This document shows positions 29,582-46,266 of a stretch of DNA of 64,000 nucleotides, in pieces (the stretch's first letter is position 1; the number at the start of each line of letters is the position of its first letter). The notes beneath the pieces are model-generated. The model did not search any database. It was given only the letters and a program-made list of their open reading frames with translations, and was not told the DNA's origin. The translations under genes and the position numbers were made by a program. The stretch lies in contig OZ024745.1 of the NCBI GenBank assembly GCA_964016885.1, positions 3,534,001-3,598,000 on the forward strand. Reading direction: 5' to 3'. The stretch is from Eledone cirrhosa (lineage: Eukaryota).

Positions 29582-30628
29582 TTGAAGCAACACCTTCAAC
29601 AGAGGAAAAAGGTTGGCAACCATCTTGCCCAGGTTTATGACCATGAAAAAAGAAATATCATTAGAATAGCGACTGATCTGGAGGAGAGATATGGAATGAA
29701 GCCTGATATAAATCTCTCACCCAGAGAAATCGGAAGATCCTATTCAATGTTCAAACAAGATAAAAAAATTGACCAATTTACAGAAAAAGTTGTGCATGGA
29801 TACTTGAGGCGTAAAACACAGACCATAGAGGGGATAAACCACTCAAAAAGCCTGGCATGGAGTTCCGACAAGTTTATGACATCACACCTTGAGGGATATC
29901 TCTATGCAATACAGGAACAAGAACTCCCTGCCAAATATCTGCTGCACAAAAGAGGAGGGCCAGCAGCTGACAATAAATGTAGGCTATGTAAAACAAAGAT
30001 CGAGGATGTAAGCCACATTGTTGCCAGCTGCGAAAGAATGTCATCTCGCTACTACCTCCCCATGAGACACGATGGGATAGCTAGAACCATCTGGAACGCA
30101 CTTCGGAAAACAAAATTAACAACAAACGAGGAAGAATATATTGAGACAGATGGCACTAAGGAATACTGGTGGAACCTGAAAATAAAAACTGCCACCAAAT
30201 TAAAGCACAACCGGCCTGATATTGTAGTTTAGAACCACACATTGAAAACGTGTTCTGTTGTGGAGATCAGCTGCCCACTTGATGTAAACGTTGTCAGAAA
30301 AATACAGGAGAAGGAGGACATCTACGGACCATTGATGAGGAGTTTACAAATCCAGTATCCAAGATACATCTTTAGCTTCATACCCATCATTATTGGTGCT
30401 ACGGGTTATATACCAACCCGCTTGGACCAAAGTATGACTGAACTTGGATTTGCGGACAAAAAGCGCAGCTCCCTAATTCATAGTCTACAAATGGCTGCGA
30501 TAGCTGGCACCTTCAAAATTTGCAAAACATTCTTGCGATTCAAGGGATGACAATTTCTTTTACAACCTTGCCACCAGGAAGGTGGCCGGTCAAAAAAATA
30601 TACTCGAAATTAAGAGAAAGAGAAAAAA
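29582..30628 (+). mobile_element. R4/Dong-clade (RLE) non-LTR retrotransposon, 3' fragment
   Basis: [23 protein letters not shown] (CCHC), RHD, NRPDIVV..VEISCP..K..Y restriction-like endonuclease. In-frame TAG at 30230. Coding ends 30550. Inserted in a TA array. Confidence 0.88.
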
Positions 30629-30691
30629 TATATATACATATATATATATACATATATATATACATACATATATATATACATATATATATAC

Positions 30692-30722
<31 letters not shown>

Positions 30723-30847
30723 CATACATATATACATACATATATATACATAAATATATATATACATACATATATATATATACATACATATATACATACA
30801 TATATATATACATACATATATATATACATACATATATATATACATAC

Positions 30848-30878
<31 letters not shown>

Positions 30879-31201
30879 CATACATACATATATATATACA
30901 TATATATATACATACATATATATATACATACATATATATATACATACATATATATATACATACATATATATATACATATATATATACATAAATATATATA
31001 TACATATATATATACATAAATATATATATACATAAATATATATATACATAAATATATATATACATAGATATATATATACATAGATATATATATACATACA
31101 TATATATATACATACATATATATATACATACATATATATATACATACATATATATATACATATATACATACATATATATATACATATATACATATACATA
31201 C

Positions 31202-34009
31202 ACGTACTAGACGTACTAGACAGCGGAAGAGGACTATCCTCAGGAGAAAAATATGGAAGCTAAAGGACCCCATAGCCAGAAATAAATTTCAAAGCATATT
31301 ACTTGACGCTTTCGACAGTAAGGAAGAGCAATTAGAGTCGTATAATATAGAGGAACAGTGGGAATTCCTGAGAGCAAACCTGCTGACGGCGGCAGACGAA
31401 GTCTGTGGCTGGAGCAGGCCTGTAGGTAGGAGGAGAGTAACATGGTGGTGGAACAGTAAGGTGGAGGGGTCAATTAAGGCCAAAAAGCAGGCTTGGAAAG
31501 TATGGCGGGATGGGGGAAGTAGAGAAGACTATCAAGTGGCCAGGAGGGAAGCTAGGAGACAAGTGTACTTCGCAAGAAGGGAAGCAGAGGAAAGAAAGTT
31601 CAAGCATGTTCTACAACGTAAGGACCAAAAACATGAGGTGTTCAGGATTGCCAGGCAATGTGTCAAGGAAAACCGTGATATTGTCGGGGAGAAGTGTGTA
31701 CTTAACGATGATGGCATACTTGCCATCACCGACGCTGATAAGAAGGTAGCTTGGAAGTGTCACTACGAAAGGCTTCTAAATGAGGAGAACAAATGGGAGA
31801 AAGACAGTCTCCCCCAGATCGATCCAATAGAGGGACCAGCAGTGTTAGTTGAAGGTAGTATAATAAGTAAGGCAATCAAAGATATGAAGACGGGTAAGGC
31901 GGCTGGGCCTTCGGAAATAGTTGCTGAGATGCTGAAGGCATCTGGTTCGGTGGGACACACCATGGTCACCCGGATAGTTAACCAAGTCGTACAGAATGGG
32001 GTTGTTCCGAAGGAATGGCGTAGCAGCATCATCGTTAACTGCTATAAGGGAAAAGGAGATGCCCTAGATAGGAGTAACTATAGAGGCATTAAATTAATCG
32101 ACCAGGTCATGAAGGTCACGGAAAAAGTAATAGCGCAACTAATCAGAGAGAGAATTGATCTAGATGAAATGCAGTTCGGGTTTGTGTCAGGCAAAAGTAC
32201 CACAGACGCTCTTTTCATTGTACGACAACTACAGGAGAAGTACCTAGCTAAAAGTAAACCCCTATACTTAGCTTTCGTCGACTTGGAGAAAGCCTTCGAC
32301 AGAGTCCCCCGTTCCATTATCTGGTGGTCTCTTAGAAAACTAGGTGTTGACGAATGGCTTGTGAGAGCTATACAAGCCATGTATAAAGAAACAGTCAGTA
32401 AGGTTAGAATTAACAACGAATATAGTGAAGAGTTTAGCGTAAAAGTTGGCGTCCATCAGGGCTCTGTTCTTAGCCGCCTACTATTTATTATTGCCCTTCA
32501 GGCTATAACAGAGGAGTTCAAGACCGGCTGCCCATGGGAACTCCTATACGCAGATGATCTAACGCTCATAGCTGAATCAATGACCGAACTAGAGAAGAAA
32601 TTCCAAACATGGAAGCACGGCCTAGAATCAAAAGGCCTTAAAATTAACCTGGCTAAGACTAAAGTTCTAGTTTGTAGGAAAGAAAATAAGGCGGCGGTTC
32701 CATCTGGGAAATGGCCATGCTCAGTGTGTAGGAAAGGCGTAGGTAGAAACTCCATTTTATGTCCCAAATGCAAAGTATGGGTGCATAAAAGATGTAGTGG
32801 GATCACAGGTAAGCTAACTAAGAACATAGATTTTACATGTGGCCGGTGCTCTGGTGCAATAAGTAGCAGCAAGTGCCCACAAAATACTAACTCCTTCAAC
32901 TGCGCAGAGGGTTCTATAGAAATAGTGGACAGCTTCCGTTATCTGGGTGACAAAATCAGCAGTGGGGGAGGGTGCTCTGAAAGTACAGTAGCTAGAGTCA
33001 GAACTGGATGGAAAAAGTTCAGAGAGCTTATACCACTATTAGCCGCTAGAGGGTTCTCCCTAAAAATGAAAGGCAGGTTATACGATGCCTGCATACGAAC
33101 AGCAATGCTGCATGGCAGTGAGACCTGGGCATTGTGTGCAGAGGATATACGCAGACTAGAGAGGAACGAAGCTTGCATGCTCCGCTGGATGTGCAATAGT
33201 AATATACGTGAACGGCAAAGCATAAACGAACTAAGGAAAAAATTAGAAATAAGAGGGATCAGATGTTGTTTACTCGAGAGAAGGCTACGTTGGTACGGTC
33301 ACGTGATGCGCATGAAAGACGACAGCTGTATAACAAAGTGCAGGGCAATAAAGATAGACGGTAGCCACGGAGTAGGCAGACCCAGAAAAACATGGGACGA
33401 GCTGATAAATTCTGACCTCACACGCTTACACCTCTCCAAGACAATGTCACTGGACCGAGACCTTTGGCGGTACTCAGTAATAGAGAAGACCCGCCTTACC
33501 TAAATACAAAGTAAAAACCTACTACAGTCAGTAGGCATCTCTATCAAAACACACCCCCGTCCCACCACCTCCACCCCACCCACACCGCCCCTTTCAATGT
33601 AAAATTATGTTGGTCCCACAACATCCAGGCCGAAACAAATGAGATCGTGTAGGTGTCACGACAAAAAACACACAGTCCACGCTGTAAATGTGGCCGTGTA
33701 GGCAACACGGTAAAAACCTCCCAGCCCCACACTGTAAATGTGGTTGGTGTTAGGAAGGGCATCCAGCTGTAGAAAACCCGCCAGACGGTCCACGCTGTAA
33801 TGTGGCCGTGTAGGCAACACGGTAAAAACCTCCCAGCCCCACACTGTAAATGTGGTTGGTGTTAGGAAGGGCATCCAACTGTAGAAAACCCGCCAGACAG
33901 TCCTATGCGAGCAAGACAACCACTCTTGCCTCAAGTGGGAAAACCCCCGTCCAAACCCATGCAAGCGTGGAACACGGACGCTAAACCTGATGATGATGAT
34001 GATGATGAT
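31202..34009 (+). mobile_element. RTE LINE copy 4, 5'-truncated, duplicated-3'UTR type
   Basis: Open RT frame to 33503. ACGTACTAG is duplicated at the 5' junction. (GAT)7 tail. Confidence 0.93.
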
Positions 34010-34097
34010 ATATATATACATACATATATATATATACATACATATATATATACATATATACATACATACATATATATATACATATATACATACATAT

Positions 34098-34382
34098 ATC
34101 ATCATTTCATTTTACGTCCGCTTTTCCCTGCTTGCAAGGGTGGGACAGGAACTGATTCTGGCTTGATTTCTACAGCTGGATGCCCTTCCTAACACCAACC
34201 TCATTTACAGTGAGTGCTGGGTGCTTTTTTGCCGTGACACCTCCACGACCACTTTACAGTGGAATGATAGGGACTGGAGTCCCTATCATCTCATTTCTAC
34301 AGCTGAGTAAACTGGAGCAATGTGAAATAAAGTGTCTTGCTCAAGGAAACAACACATCACCCAGTCTGAGAATTGAACTCAC
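34098..34382 (-). mobile_element. tRNA-SINE (same family as 7538-7888), 5'-truncated
   Basis: High similarity to 7550-7836. Confidence 0.85.
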
Positions 34383-34432
34383 ATATAGATAAATATATAT
34401 ATACATACATATATATATATATACATATATAT

Positions 34433-35040
34433 ATGGTGGCTGCCAACTCGTTTTCGAGTACGGCCACTACTTTATATCCATGTAGGAGAACCCCTACCGA
34501 TGCGCTGAACGAGTGACTTTTTAGTCCAGCCAGCGACTTGAAAACTCTGGTACAAACACTACACTTGTGACAATTATTGACACATAGTGCTGGGCCCATG
34601 GTACCATGTGACGATAAGTGCAGAAAGATCTCCAGATATAAAGCAATGCCTGTGCTGTGAAGCTTTTATAGTGAGCAAAGGCACTGCACAAAGCCAGTCC
34701 CACTCTCTTAACCAAGATGATATTTACCAAAAAGAAGAACAAGTCAACATCATTGGATACCATCAGGGTTGCAGGTGTTATATCAGAGTTTTCCTTCTCC
34801 TAGAATTCTGCCTTGACAAAGGCTAAGGGGTCATCTCTCCCGGTGATTTTGGATGGCCATTGACTCTTAAGAGCTCCTTTGCCCTTTGACAGGTTTTGTT
34901 TTTAGTCCTGCAGGATGTCCAAAGCCACCCTCCTTACCAAGAAACCTTGGTGGCGTTGCCAGTTTAGTCGCCAACGACCCGACCATGAAACAGGTTGTAC
35001 TGGGATACATGTTACCAGTAGCACCAACTGGTGACCTGAC
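34433..35040 (-). mobile_element. Element X, full-length
   Basis: Reverse complement of 14884-15491. Confidence 0.85.
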
Positions 35041-35094
35041 ACATACATACATACATACATACATACATACATACATACATACATACATACATAC

Positions 35095-35429
35095 ATGGTG
35101 GCTGCCAACTCGTTTTCGAGTACGGCCACTACTTTATATCCATGTAGGAGAACCCCTACCGATGCGCTGAACGACTGACTTTTTAGTCCAGCCAGTGACT
35201 TGAAAACTCTGGTACAAACACTATACTTGTGACAATTATTGGCACATAGTGCTGGGCCCATGGTACCATGTGACGACAAGTGCAGAGAGATCTCCAGATA
35301 TAAAGCAATGCCTGTGCCGTGAAGCTTTTATAGTGAGCAAAGGCACTGCACAAAGCCAGTCCCACTCTCTTAACCAAGATGATATTTACCAAAAAGAAGA
35401 ACAAGTCAACATCATTGGATACCATCAGG
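35095..35429 (-). mobile_element. Element X, 5'-truncated
   Basis: 3' 335 bp of element X, between (TACA)n runs. Confidence 0.85.
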
Positions 35430-35519
35430 TATACATACATACATACATACATAGAAAAAAGGATTGCTGACCTACGAAAAAACATAGGATATGTGACAAT
35501 GCTCCTTACATGCAAACAA

Positions 35520-35910
35520 ACACAAATGTTGTCGGAGAGATATGATGCGACATTCAAATGTTGTCTGGACTGATGTTAGGCCTCTGCCTCCCTGCTTACG
35601 TTTCAAGTAAAGGCAGTCTATGTCACCGTTGATGTGGAAGTTTCCGGTGTTGTTCAGTATTTTTCGAGTTCCAACATCAACTGCTCGGATTTCGTTTATC
35701 GTCCAATTGAGTATTCCAAACGTTGGTGTTAGGACAGGCACAGCAAACACATTGGGAGCCACTGTTTTGTTTTGCGCAGAGAGTTCCAATGAACAGATCT
35801 TTCTTAATCGGGTGGAGTATCCCCAGGTTACGCGTTCTTTATTACAGATACCATTATAGGATATGTTCTCATCTATCCCCAGGTATCTGATATCATCAGA
35901 TATCGGTGAA
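35520..35910 (-). pseudogene. R4/Dong-clade RT/thumb fragment
   Basis: RYLGIDE...NK..NVFAVPVL..FGILNW..EI..VD..TRKIL...H...D.LYLKRKQGGRGL. Confidence 0.8.
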
Positions 35911-36000
35911 ACATAGATATATACATACATATACATATACATACATATACATGTATATATACATATATATATACATACATAGACACATATATATATACAT

Positions 36001-36105
36001 ATCATCATCATCATCATCATCAACGTTTAACGTCCGTGTTCCACGCTTGCATGGGTTTGGACGGGGGTAGTCCCACTTGAGGCAAGAGTGATTGTCTTGC
36101 TCGCA
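36001..36105 (-). mobile_element. RTE 3' stub (~100 bp)
   Basis: Reverse complement of the RTE 3' terminus with (GAT)n tail. Confidence 0.88.
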
Positions 36106-36136
36106 TATATATATATATATATACATATATATATAC

Positions 36137-38872
36137 AGGTAGATTATATCCTTACCAGAAGACGTGACAAAGTGACTGTCGTAAACACTAAATCTCTCCC
36201 CCATGAAGAATGCACTTCCCAACATAGACTGATAATTAGCGACCTAATAGTCAGGACGAGACGTACTAGACAACAGAAGAGGACTATCCTCAGGAGAAAA
36301 ATATGGTAGCTAAAGGACCCCACAGCCAAAAATAAATTCCAAAGCATATTACTTGATGCTTTCGACAGTGAGGAAGAGCAATTAGAGACGTACAAGGTAG
36401 AGGAACAGTGGGAATTCCTGAGAGCAAACCTGCTGACGGCGGCAGACGAAGTCTGTGGCTGGAGCAGGCCTGTAGGCAGGAGGAGAGTAACATGGTGGTG
36501 GAACAGTAAGGTGGAGGGGTCAATTAAGGCCAAAAAGCAGGCTTGGAAAGTATGGCGGGATGGGGGAAGCAGAGAAGACTATCAAGTGGCCAGGAGGGAA
36601 GCTAGGAGACAAGTGTACTTCGCAAGAAGGGAAGCAGAGGAAAGAAAGTTCAAGCATGTTCTACAACGCGATGACCAAAAACGTGAGGTGTTCAGGATTG
36701 CTAGGCAATGTGTCAAGGAAAACAGTGATATTGTCGGGGAGAAGTGTGTACTTAACGATGACGGCATACTTGCCATCACCGACGCCGATAAGAAGGTAGC
36801 TTGGAAGTGTCACTATGAAAGGCTACTAAATGAGGAGAATAAATGGGAGAAAGACAGTCTCCCCCACATCGACCCAATAGAGGGACCAGCAGTGTTAGTC
36901 GAGGGTAGTATAATAAGTAAGGCAATCAAAGATATGAAGACAGGCAAGGCGGCTGGGCCTTCGGAAATAGTTGCCGAGATGCTGAAGGCATCTGGTACGG
37001 TGGGACACTCCATGGTCACCCGGATAGTCAACCAAGTCATACAGAATGGGGTTGTTCCGAAGGACTGGCGCAGCAGCATTATCGTTAACTGTTATAAGGG
37101 TAAAGTAGATGCCCTAGATAGGAGTAACTATAGAGGCATTAAATTAATCGACCAGGTCATGAAGGTCACGGAAAAAGTTATAGCGCAACTAATCAGAGAG
37201 AGAATTGATCTAGATGAAATGCAGTTCGGGTTTGTGTCAGGAAAAAGTACCACAGACGCTCTTTTCATTGTACGACAACTACAGGAGAAGTACCTAGCTA
37301 AAAGTAAACCCCTATACTTAGCTTTCGTCGACTTGGAGAAGGCCTTCGACAGAGTCCCCCGTTCCATTATCTGGTGGGCTCTTAGAAAACTAGGTGTTGA
37401 TGAATGGCTTGTGAGAGCTATACAAGCCATGTATAAAGAAACAGTTAGCAAGGTTAGAATTAACAACGAATATAGTGAAGAGTTTAGCGTAAAAGTTGGC
37501 GTCCATCAGGGCTCTGTTCTTAGCCGCCTACTATTTATTATTGCCCTTCAGGCTATAACAGAGGAGTTCAAGACCGGCTGCCCATGGGAACTCCTATACG
37601 CAGATGATCTAACGCTCATAGCTGAATCAATGGCCGAGCTAGAGAAGAAATTCCAAACATGGAAGCACGGCCTAGAATCAAAAGGCCTTAAAATTAACCT
37701 AGCTAAGACTAAAGTTCTAGTTTGTAAGAAAGAAAATAAGGCGGCGGTCCCCTCCGGGAAGTGGCCATGCGCAGAGTGTAGGAAAGGCGTAGGTAGAAAT
37801 TCCATTTTGTGTCCCAAATGCAAAGTTTGGGTGCATAAAAGATGTAGTGGGATCACAGGTATGATATAAGTAGCAGCAAGTGCCCACAAAATACTAGCTC
37901 TTTCAACTGCGCAGATGGTTCTATAGAAATAGTGGACAGCTTCCGTTACCTGGGTGACAAAATCAGCAGTGGGGGAGGGTGCTCTGAAAGTACAGTAGCT
38001 AGAGTCAGAACTGGGTGGAAAAAGTTCAGAGAGCTTATACCACTATTAGCCGCTAAAGGGTTCTCCCTAAAAATGAAAGGCAGGCTGTACGATGCCTGCA
38101 TACGAACAGCAATGTTGCATGGCAGTGAGACATGGGCATTGTGTGCAGAGGATATACGCAGACTAGAGAGAAACGAAGCTTGCATGCTCCGCTGGATGTG
38201 TAATAGTAATATACGTGAACGACAAAGCATAAACGAACTAAGGAAAAAATTAGAAATAAGAGGGATCAGATGTTTACTAGAGAGAAAGCTACGTTTGTAT
38301 GGTCACGTGATGCGCATGAAGGATGATAGCTGTATAACAAAGTGCAGGGCAATAAAGATAGACGGTAGCCACGGAATAGGCAGATCCAGAAAAACCTGGG
38401 ACGAGCTGATAAACTCCGACCTCACACACTTACACCTCACCAAGACAATGTCACTGGACCGAGACCTTTGGCGGTACTCAGTAATAGAGAAGACCCGCCT
38501 TGCCAGTAGGCATCTCTAACAGAATACACCCCATCACACCACCACCACTCCATCCACACCACCCCGTTCTATGTAAAGTTATGTTGGTGCCGCGTCATCC
38601 AGGCCGAAACAAATGAGATCGTGTAGGTGTCACGACAATAAAACACACAGTCCACGCTGTAATGTGGCCGTGTAGGCAACACGGTAAAAACCTCCCAGAC
38701 CCACACTGTAAATGTGGTTGGTGTTAGGAAGGGCATCCAACTGTAGAAAACCTGCCAGACAGTCCTATGCGAGCAAGAAAATCACTCTTGCCTCAAGTGG
38801 GACTACCCCCGTCCAAACCCATGCAAGCGTGGAACACGGACGTTAAACGTTGATGATGATGATGATGATGAT
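36137..38872 (+). mobile_element. RTE LINE copy 5, 5'-truncated and decayed
   Basis: Starts at QVDYIL. Stop at 36307. Deletion at ~37860 removes the last CxxC of the PHD finger. Single-unit 3'UTR and (GAT)n tail. Confidence 0.92.
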
Positions 38873-38962
38873 ACATACATATACATATATATATACATAT
38901 ATATATACATACATATACATATATATATACATACATATACATATATATATACATACATACAT

Positions 38963-38996
<34 letters not shown>

Positions 38997-39588
38997 ATGT
39001 TTAAGGTCCGTGTTCCACGCTTGCATGGGTTTGGACGGGGGTAGTCCCAATTGAGGCAAGAGTGATTTTCTTGCTCGCATAGGACTGTCTGACAGGTTTT
39101 CTACAGCTGGATGCCCTTCCTAACACCAACCACATTTACAGGGAGGTTTTTACCGTGTTGCCTACACGGCCACATTACAGCGTGGACTGTGTGTTTTTTC
39201 GTCGTGACACCTACACGATCTCATTTGTTTCGGCCTGGATGGCGCGCCACCAACATAACTTTCCATAGAACGGGGTGGTGTGGATGGGGTGGGGGTGGTG
39301 GTGGTGGGACGGGGTGTATTTTGTTAGAGATGCCTACTGGCAAGGCGGGTCTTCTCTGTTACTGAGTACCGCCAAAGGTCTTGGTCCAGTGACATTGTCT
39401 TGGAGAGGTGTAAGTGTGTGATGTCGGAGTTTATCAGCTCGTCCCAGGTTTTTCTAGGTCTGCCTATTCCGTGGCTACCGTCTATCTTTATTGCCCTGCA
39501 CTTTGTTATACAGCTATCGACTTTCATGCGCATCACGTATCCATACCAACGTAGCCTTCTCTCGAGTAAACAACATCTGATCCCTCTA
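38963..39588 (-). mobile_element. RTE 3' fragment, tail-to-tail with copy 5
   Basis: [16 protein letters not shown]...ASRHL*, 3'UTR and (GAT)11. Confidence 0.9.
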
Positions 39589-40275
39589 CATATATATATA
39601 CATACATATACATACATATATACATATATATATACATACATATATACATACATATATACATACATATATACATACATATATACATACATATATACATACA
39701 TATATACATACATAGATATACATACATATATACATATATATATACATACATATACATATACATACATATATATACATACATATACATACATATACATACA
39801 TATACATACATACATATACATATATATATACATATATATATACATACATATATATATACATACATACACATATATATATACATACACATATATATATACA
39901 TACACATATATATATACATACATATATATATATACATACATATATATATACATACATATATATATACATACATATATATATACATACATATATATATACA
40001 TACATATATATATACATACATACACATACATACATACATACATACACATACATATATACATACATACATACACATATATATATACATACATACATACACA
40101 TATATATATACATACATACATACACATATATATATACATACATAAATATATATATACATACATACATATATATATACATACATACACATATATATATATA
40201 CATACATATATATATATATACATACATACATATATATATATACATACATATATATATATATACATACATACACAT

Positions 40276-40884
40276 ATGGTGGCTGCCAACTCGTTTTCGA
40301 GTACGGCCACTACTTTATATCCATGTAGGAGAACCCCTACCGATGCGCTGAACGAGTGTGACTTTTTAGTCCAGCCAGCGACTTGAAAACTCTGGTACAA
40401 ACACTACACTTGTGACAATTACTGACACATAGTGCTGGGCCCATGGTACCATGTGACGACAAGTGCAGAGAGATCTCCAGATATAAAGCAATGCCTGTGC
40501 CGTGAAGCTTTTATAGTGAGCAAAGGCACTGCACAAAGCCAGTCCCACTCTCTTAACCAAGATGATATTTACCAAAAAGAAGAACAAGTCAACATCATTG
40601 GATACCATCAGGGTTGCAGGTGTTATATCAGAGTTTTCCTTCTCCTAGAATTCTGCCTTGACAAAGGCTAAGGGGTCATCTCTCCCGGTGATTTTGGATG
40701 GCCATTGACTCTTAAGAGCTCCTTTGCCCTTTGACAGGTTTTGTTTTTAGTCCTGCAGGATGTCCAAAGTCACCCTCCTCACCAAGAAACCTTGGTGGGG
40801 TTGCCAGTTTAGTCGCCAACGACCCGACCATGGGACAGGTTGTACTGGGATACATGTTACCAGTAGCACCAACTGGTGACCTGA
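40276..40884 (-). mobile_element. Element X, full-length
   Basis: Reverse complement of 14884-15491, with intact C2H2 frame. Confidence 0.85.
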
Positions 40885-41134
40885 CATACACATATATATA
40901 TATACATACATACACATATATATATATATACATACATATACATATATATATACATACATATACATATATATATACATACATATATATATACATACATATA
41001 CATATATATACATACATATACATATATATACATACATATACATATATATACATATACATATATATACATATACATATATATACATATATATACATATATA
41101 TATATATACATACATATATATATATACATATATA

Positions 41135-41570
41135 TCATCATCATCATCATCATCACCGTTTTACGTCCGTTCTTCCACGCTAGTATGGGTTAGACGGGTT
41201 GTCCTGTTGTGGGCAGTGTCTGGTCGGCTGACCTTGCCTTGCTCATACAGGAACTGATCTGGCTTGATTTCTACAGCTGGATGCCCTTCCTAACACCAAC
41301 CTCATTTACAGTGTGGGCTGGGTGCTTTTTCGTGGCGCCTACACGTCCACTTTACAGTGTGGGCTGGGTGCTTTTTTGCCGTGGCGCCTCCACGACCACC
41401 TTGCGGTGGGGGGTGTGGGGGCATATTGTTTATATGCTTTAGCATGTACCCGTGGGATGTCGGGTACTCTGTATTACTGCGTGACGCCAGAAGTCACGGT
41501 CGTGTGTCATTGACTTTGAGAGGTGTAGTTGGGTAAGGTCGGCTTTTATCACCTCATCCCAAGTCATCTT
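41135..41570 (-). mobile_element. 3' fragment of a second, diverged RTE family
   Basis: KMTWDEVIKADLTQLHLSKSMTHDRDFWRHAV parallels the C-terminus of the main family. GGAAGGGCATCC 3'UTR and (GAT)n tail. Confidence 0.82.
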
Positions 41571-41675
41571 GTATATATATACATATATATACATATATAT
41601 ATACACATACATATATATATACATACATATACATATATATACATACATATACATACAATACATATACATATATAT

Positions 41676-42538
41676 ATCATCATCATCATCATCATCAACG
41701 TTTAACGTCCGTGTTCCACGCTTGCATGGGTTTGGACGGGGGTAGTCCCACTTGAGGCAAGAGTGATTGTCTTGCTCGCATAGGACTGTCTGGCAGGTTT
41801 TCTACAGTTGGATGCCCTTCCTAACACCAACCACATTTACAGTGTGGGTCTGGGAGGTTTTTACCGTGTTGCCTACACGGCCACATTACAGCGTGGACTG
41901 TGTGTTTTTTTGTCGTGACACCTACACGATCTCATTTGTCTCGGCCTCGAAGGCGCGGCACCAACATAACTTTACATAGAACGGGGTGGTGTGGATCGGG
42001 TGGGGGTGGGGGTGGTGGGACGGGGTGTATTTTGTTAGAGATGCCTACTGGCTGGAGTAGGTTTTACTATATATTTAGGTAAGGCGGGTCTTCTCTGTTA
42101 CTGAGTACCGCCAAAGGTCTCGGTCCAGTGACATTGTCTTGGAGAGGTGTAAGTGTGTGATGTCGGAGTTTATCAGCTCGTCCCAGGTTTTTCTAGGTCT
42201 GCCTATTCCGTGACTACCGTCTATCTTTATTGCCCTGCACTTTGTTATACAGCTATCGACTTTCATGCGCATCACGTGTCCATACCAACGTAGCCTTCTC
42301 TCGAGTAAACAACATCTGATCCCTCTTATCTCTAATTTTTTCCTTAGTTCGTTTATGCTTTGCCGTTCACGTATATTACTGTTACACATCCAGCGGAGCA
42401 TGCAAGCTTCGTTCCTCTCTAGTCTGCGTATATCCTCTGCACACAATGCCCAGGTCTCACTGCCATGCAGCATTGCTGTTCGTATGCAGGCATCGTACAA
42501 CCTGCCTTTCATTTTTAGTGAGAACCCTTTAGCAGCTA
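41676..42538 (-). mobile_element. RTE 3' fragment
   Basis: [12 protein letters not shown]...KTRLT*, 3'UTR and (GAT)n. Confidence 0.92.
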
Positions 42539-44499
<1,961 letters not shown>

Positions 44500-44539
44500 A
44501 TAATATAAGATCAAAAGATGGTTAAAGGAGTTCAATATA

Positions 44540-44606
44540 TTTTATTATGCGCATTTCAAAAACAAACATCATCAAACAATAATATTTGTGTTTTCATCAG
44601 ATAAAA
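44540..44606 (-). ncRNA. Type I hammerhead ribozyme
   Basis: Reverse complement of 46200-46266. Confidence 0.75.
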
Positions 44607-46199
44607 CAGGAGAACATGATATGAAGGCTAAAAAAAAAAACACTTGTTGATAGTGCAGTTTTAAATCAACATATGAAAAGTGGTTTTAGATTGATGTGTG
44701 ATATTGGGAAAAATATTTATTTAGAGAGGGGGGGAGAGAAAAGGATGAAAAGGGAAGGAGATGAGAGGGAGAGATGGGTGATAGAGAGAAAGAGATAGTT
44801 TTTATAACAGAGAGGAGATATATTTTATATAGAGGGGTTGAAAACCGTTGGAAGATACTGTATAAATTAAAAATTTTGAAAATTAACGAAGGGAGGATAT
44901 GTGCGAGGAAAAAATATATTATATTTAGGGAGGGGTGGGGGTGGAAAGGATGAAAAAAAGGGGAGGAGATGAGAGTGAAGGTGGAAAGGGAGAGATGGGT
45001 GATAGAGAGAAAGAGATAGTTTTTATAACTGAGAAAAAGATATAATGTTTTAATATAGAGAGGTTGGGAACCGTTGGAAGATAATGTATAAATTAAAGAA
45101 TTTGAAAATTAACGAAGGGAAATTATGTATGGAGATAGAGAGAAAAAAATAACGAAGGGAGATTATGTATGGAGATAGAGAGAAAAAAAATAATAATTGT
45201 GGGTGAATATTCAAAAGGAGAAATGTAGGAATTTTAAAATTAGCGAAGAGAAAAAGTTTATGTATAGGATTTGAGAAAAATAATGTGAAGTTAGAGTTTT
45301 TATATTGAATTCATATGTATTAATAATGAGTTCGTTGATGGGGAGAAAAAAATAATAATAAATTAAGGATGAAATTGAGATTAAAAAGATTTATGATAAA
45401 TCTTTTTAATCTCAATTTCATCCTTAATTTATTATTATTTTTTTCTCCCATCAACGAACTCATTATTAATACATATGAATTCAATATAAAAACTCTAACT
45501 TCACATTATTTTCTCAAATCCTATACATAAACTTTTTCTCTTTGCTAATTTAAAATTCCTACATTTCTCCTTTTGAATATTCACCCACAATTATTATTTT
45601 TTTTTCTCTCTATCTCCATACATAATCTCCTTCGTTATTTTTTTTCTCTCTATCTCCATACATAATTTCCCTTCGTTAATTTTCAAATTCCTTTAATTTA
45701 TACATTATCTTCCAACGGTTCCAACCTCTCTATATTAAAACATTATATCTTTTTCTCAGTTATAAAAACTATCTCTTTCTCTCTATCACCCATCTCTCCC
45801 TTTCCACCTTCACTCTCATCTCCTCCCCTTTTTTTCATCCTTTCCACCCCCACCCCTCCCTAAATATAATATATTTTTTCCTCGCACATATCCTCCTTCG
45901 TTAATTTTCAAATTTTTAATTTATACAGTATCTTCCAAACGGTTTTCAACCCCTCTATATAAATATATCTCCTCTCTGTTATAAAAACTATCTCTTTCTC
46001 TCTATCACCCCATCTCTCCCTCTCATCTCCTTCCCTTTTCATCCTTTTCTCTCCCCCCCTCTCTAAATAAAATATTTTTCCCAATATCACACATCAATCT
46101 AAAACCACTTTTCATATGTTGATTTTAAAACTGCACTATCAACAAGTGTTTTTTTTTTTTTTTTTTTTTTTTTTTTAGCCTTCATATCATGTTCTCCTG

Positions 46200-46266
46200 T
46201 TTTATCTGATGAAAACACAAATATTATTGTTTGATGATGTTTGTTTTTGAAATGCGCATAATAAAA
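46200..46266 (+). ncRNA. Type I hammerhead ribozyme
   Basis: TTTTAT-CTGATGA-AAACACAAA/TTTGTTTTT-GAAA-TGCGCA (palindrome)-TA-ATAAAA. Confidence 0.78.
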
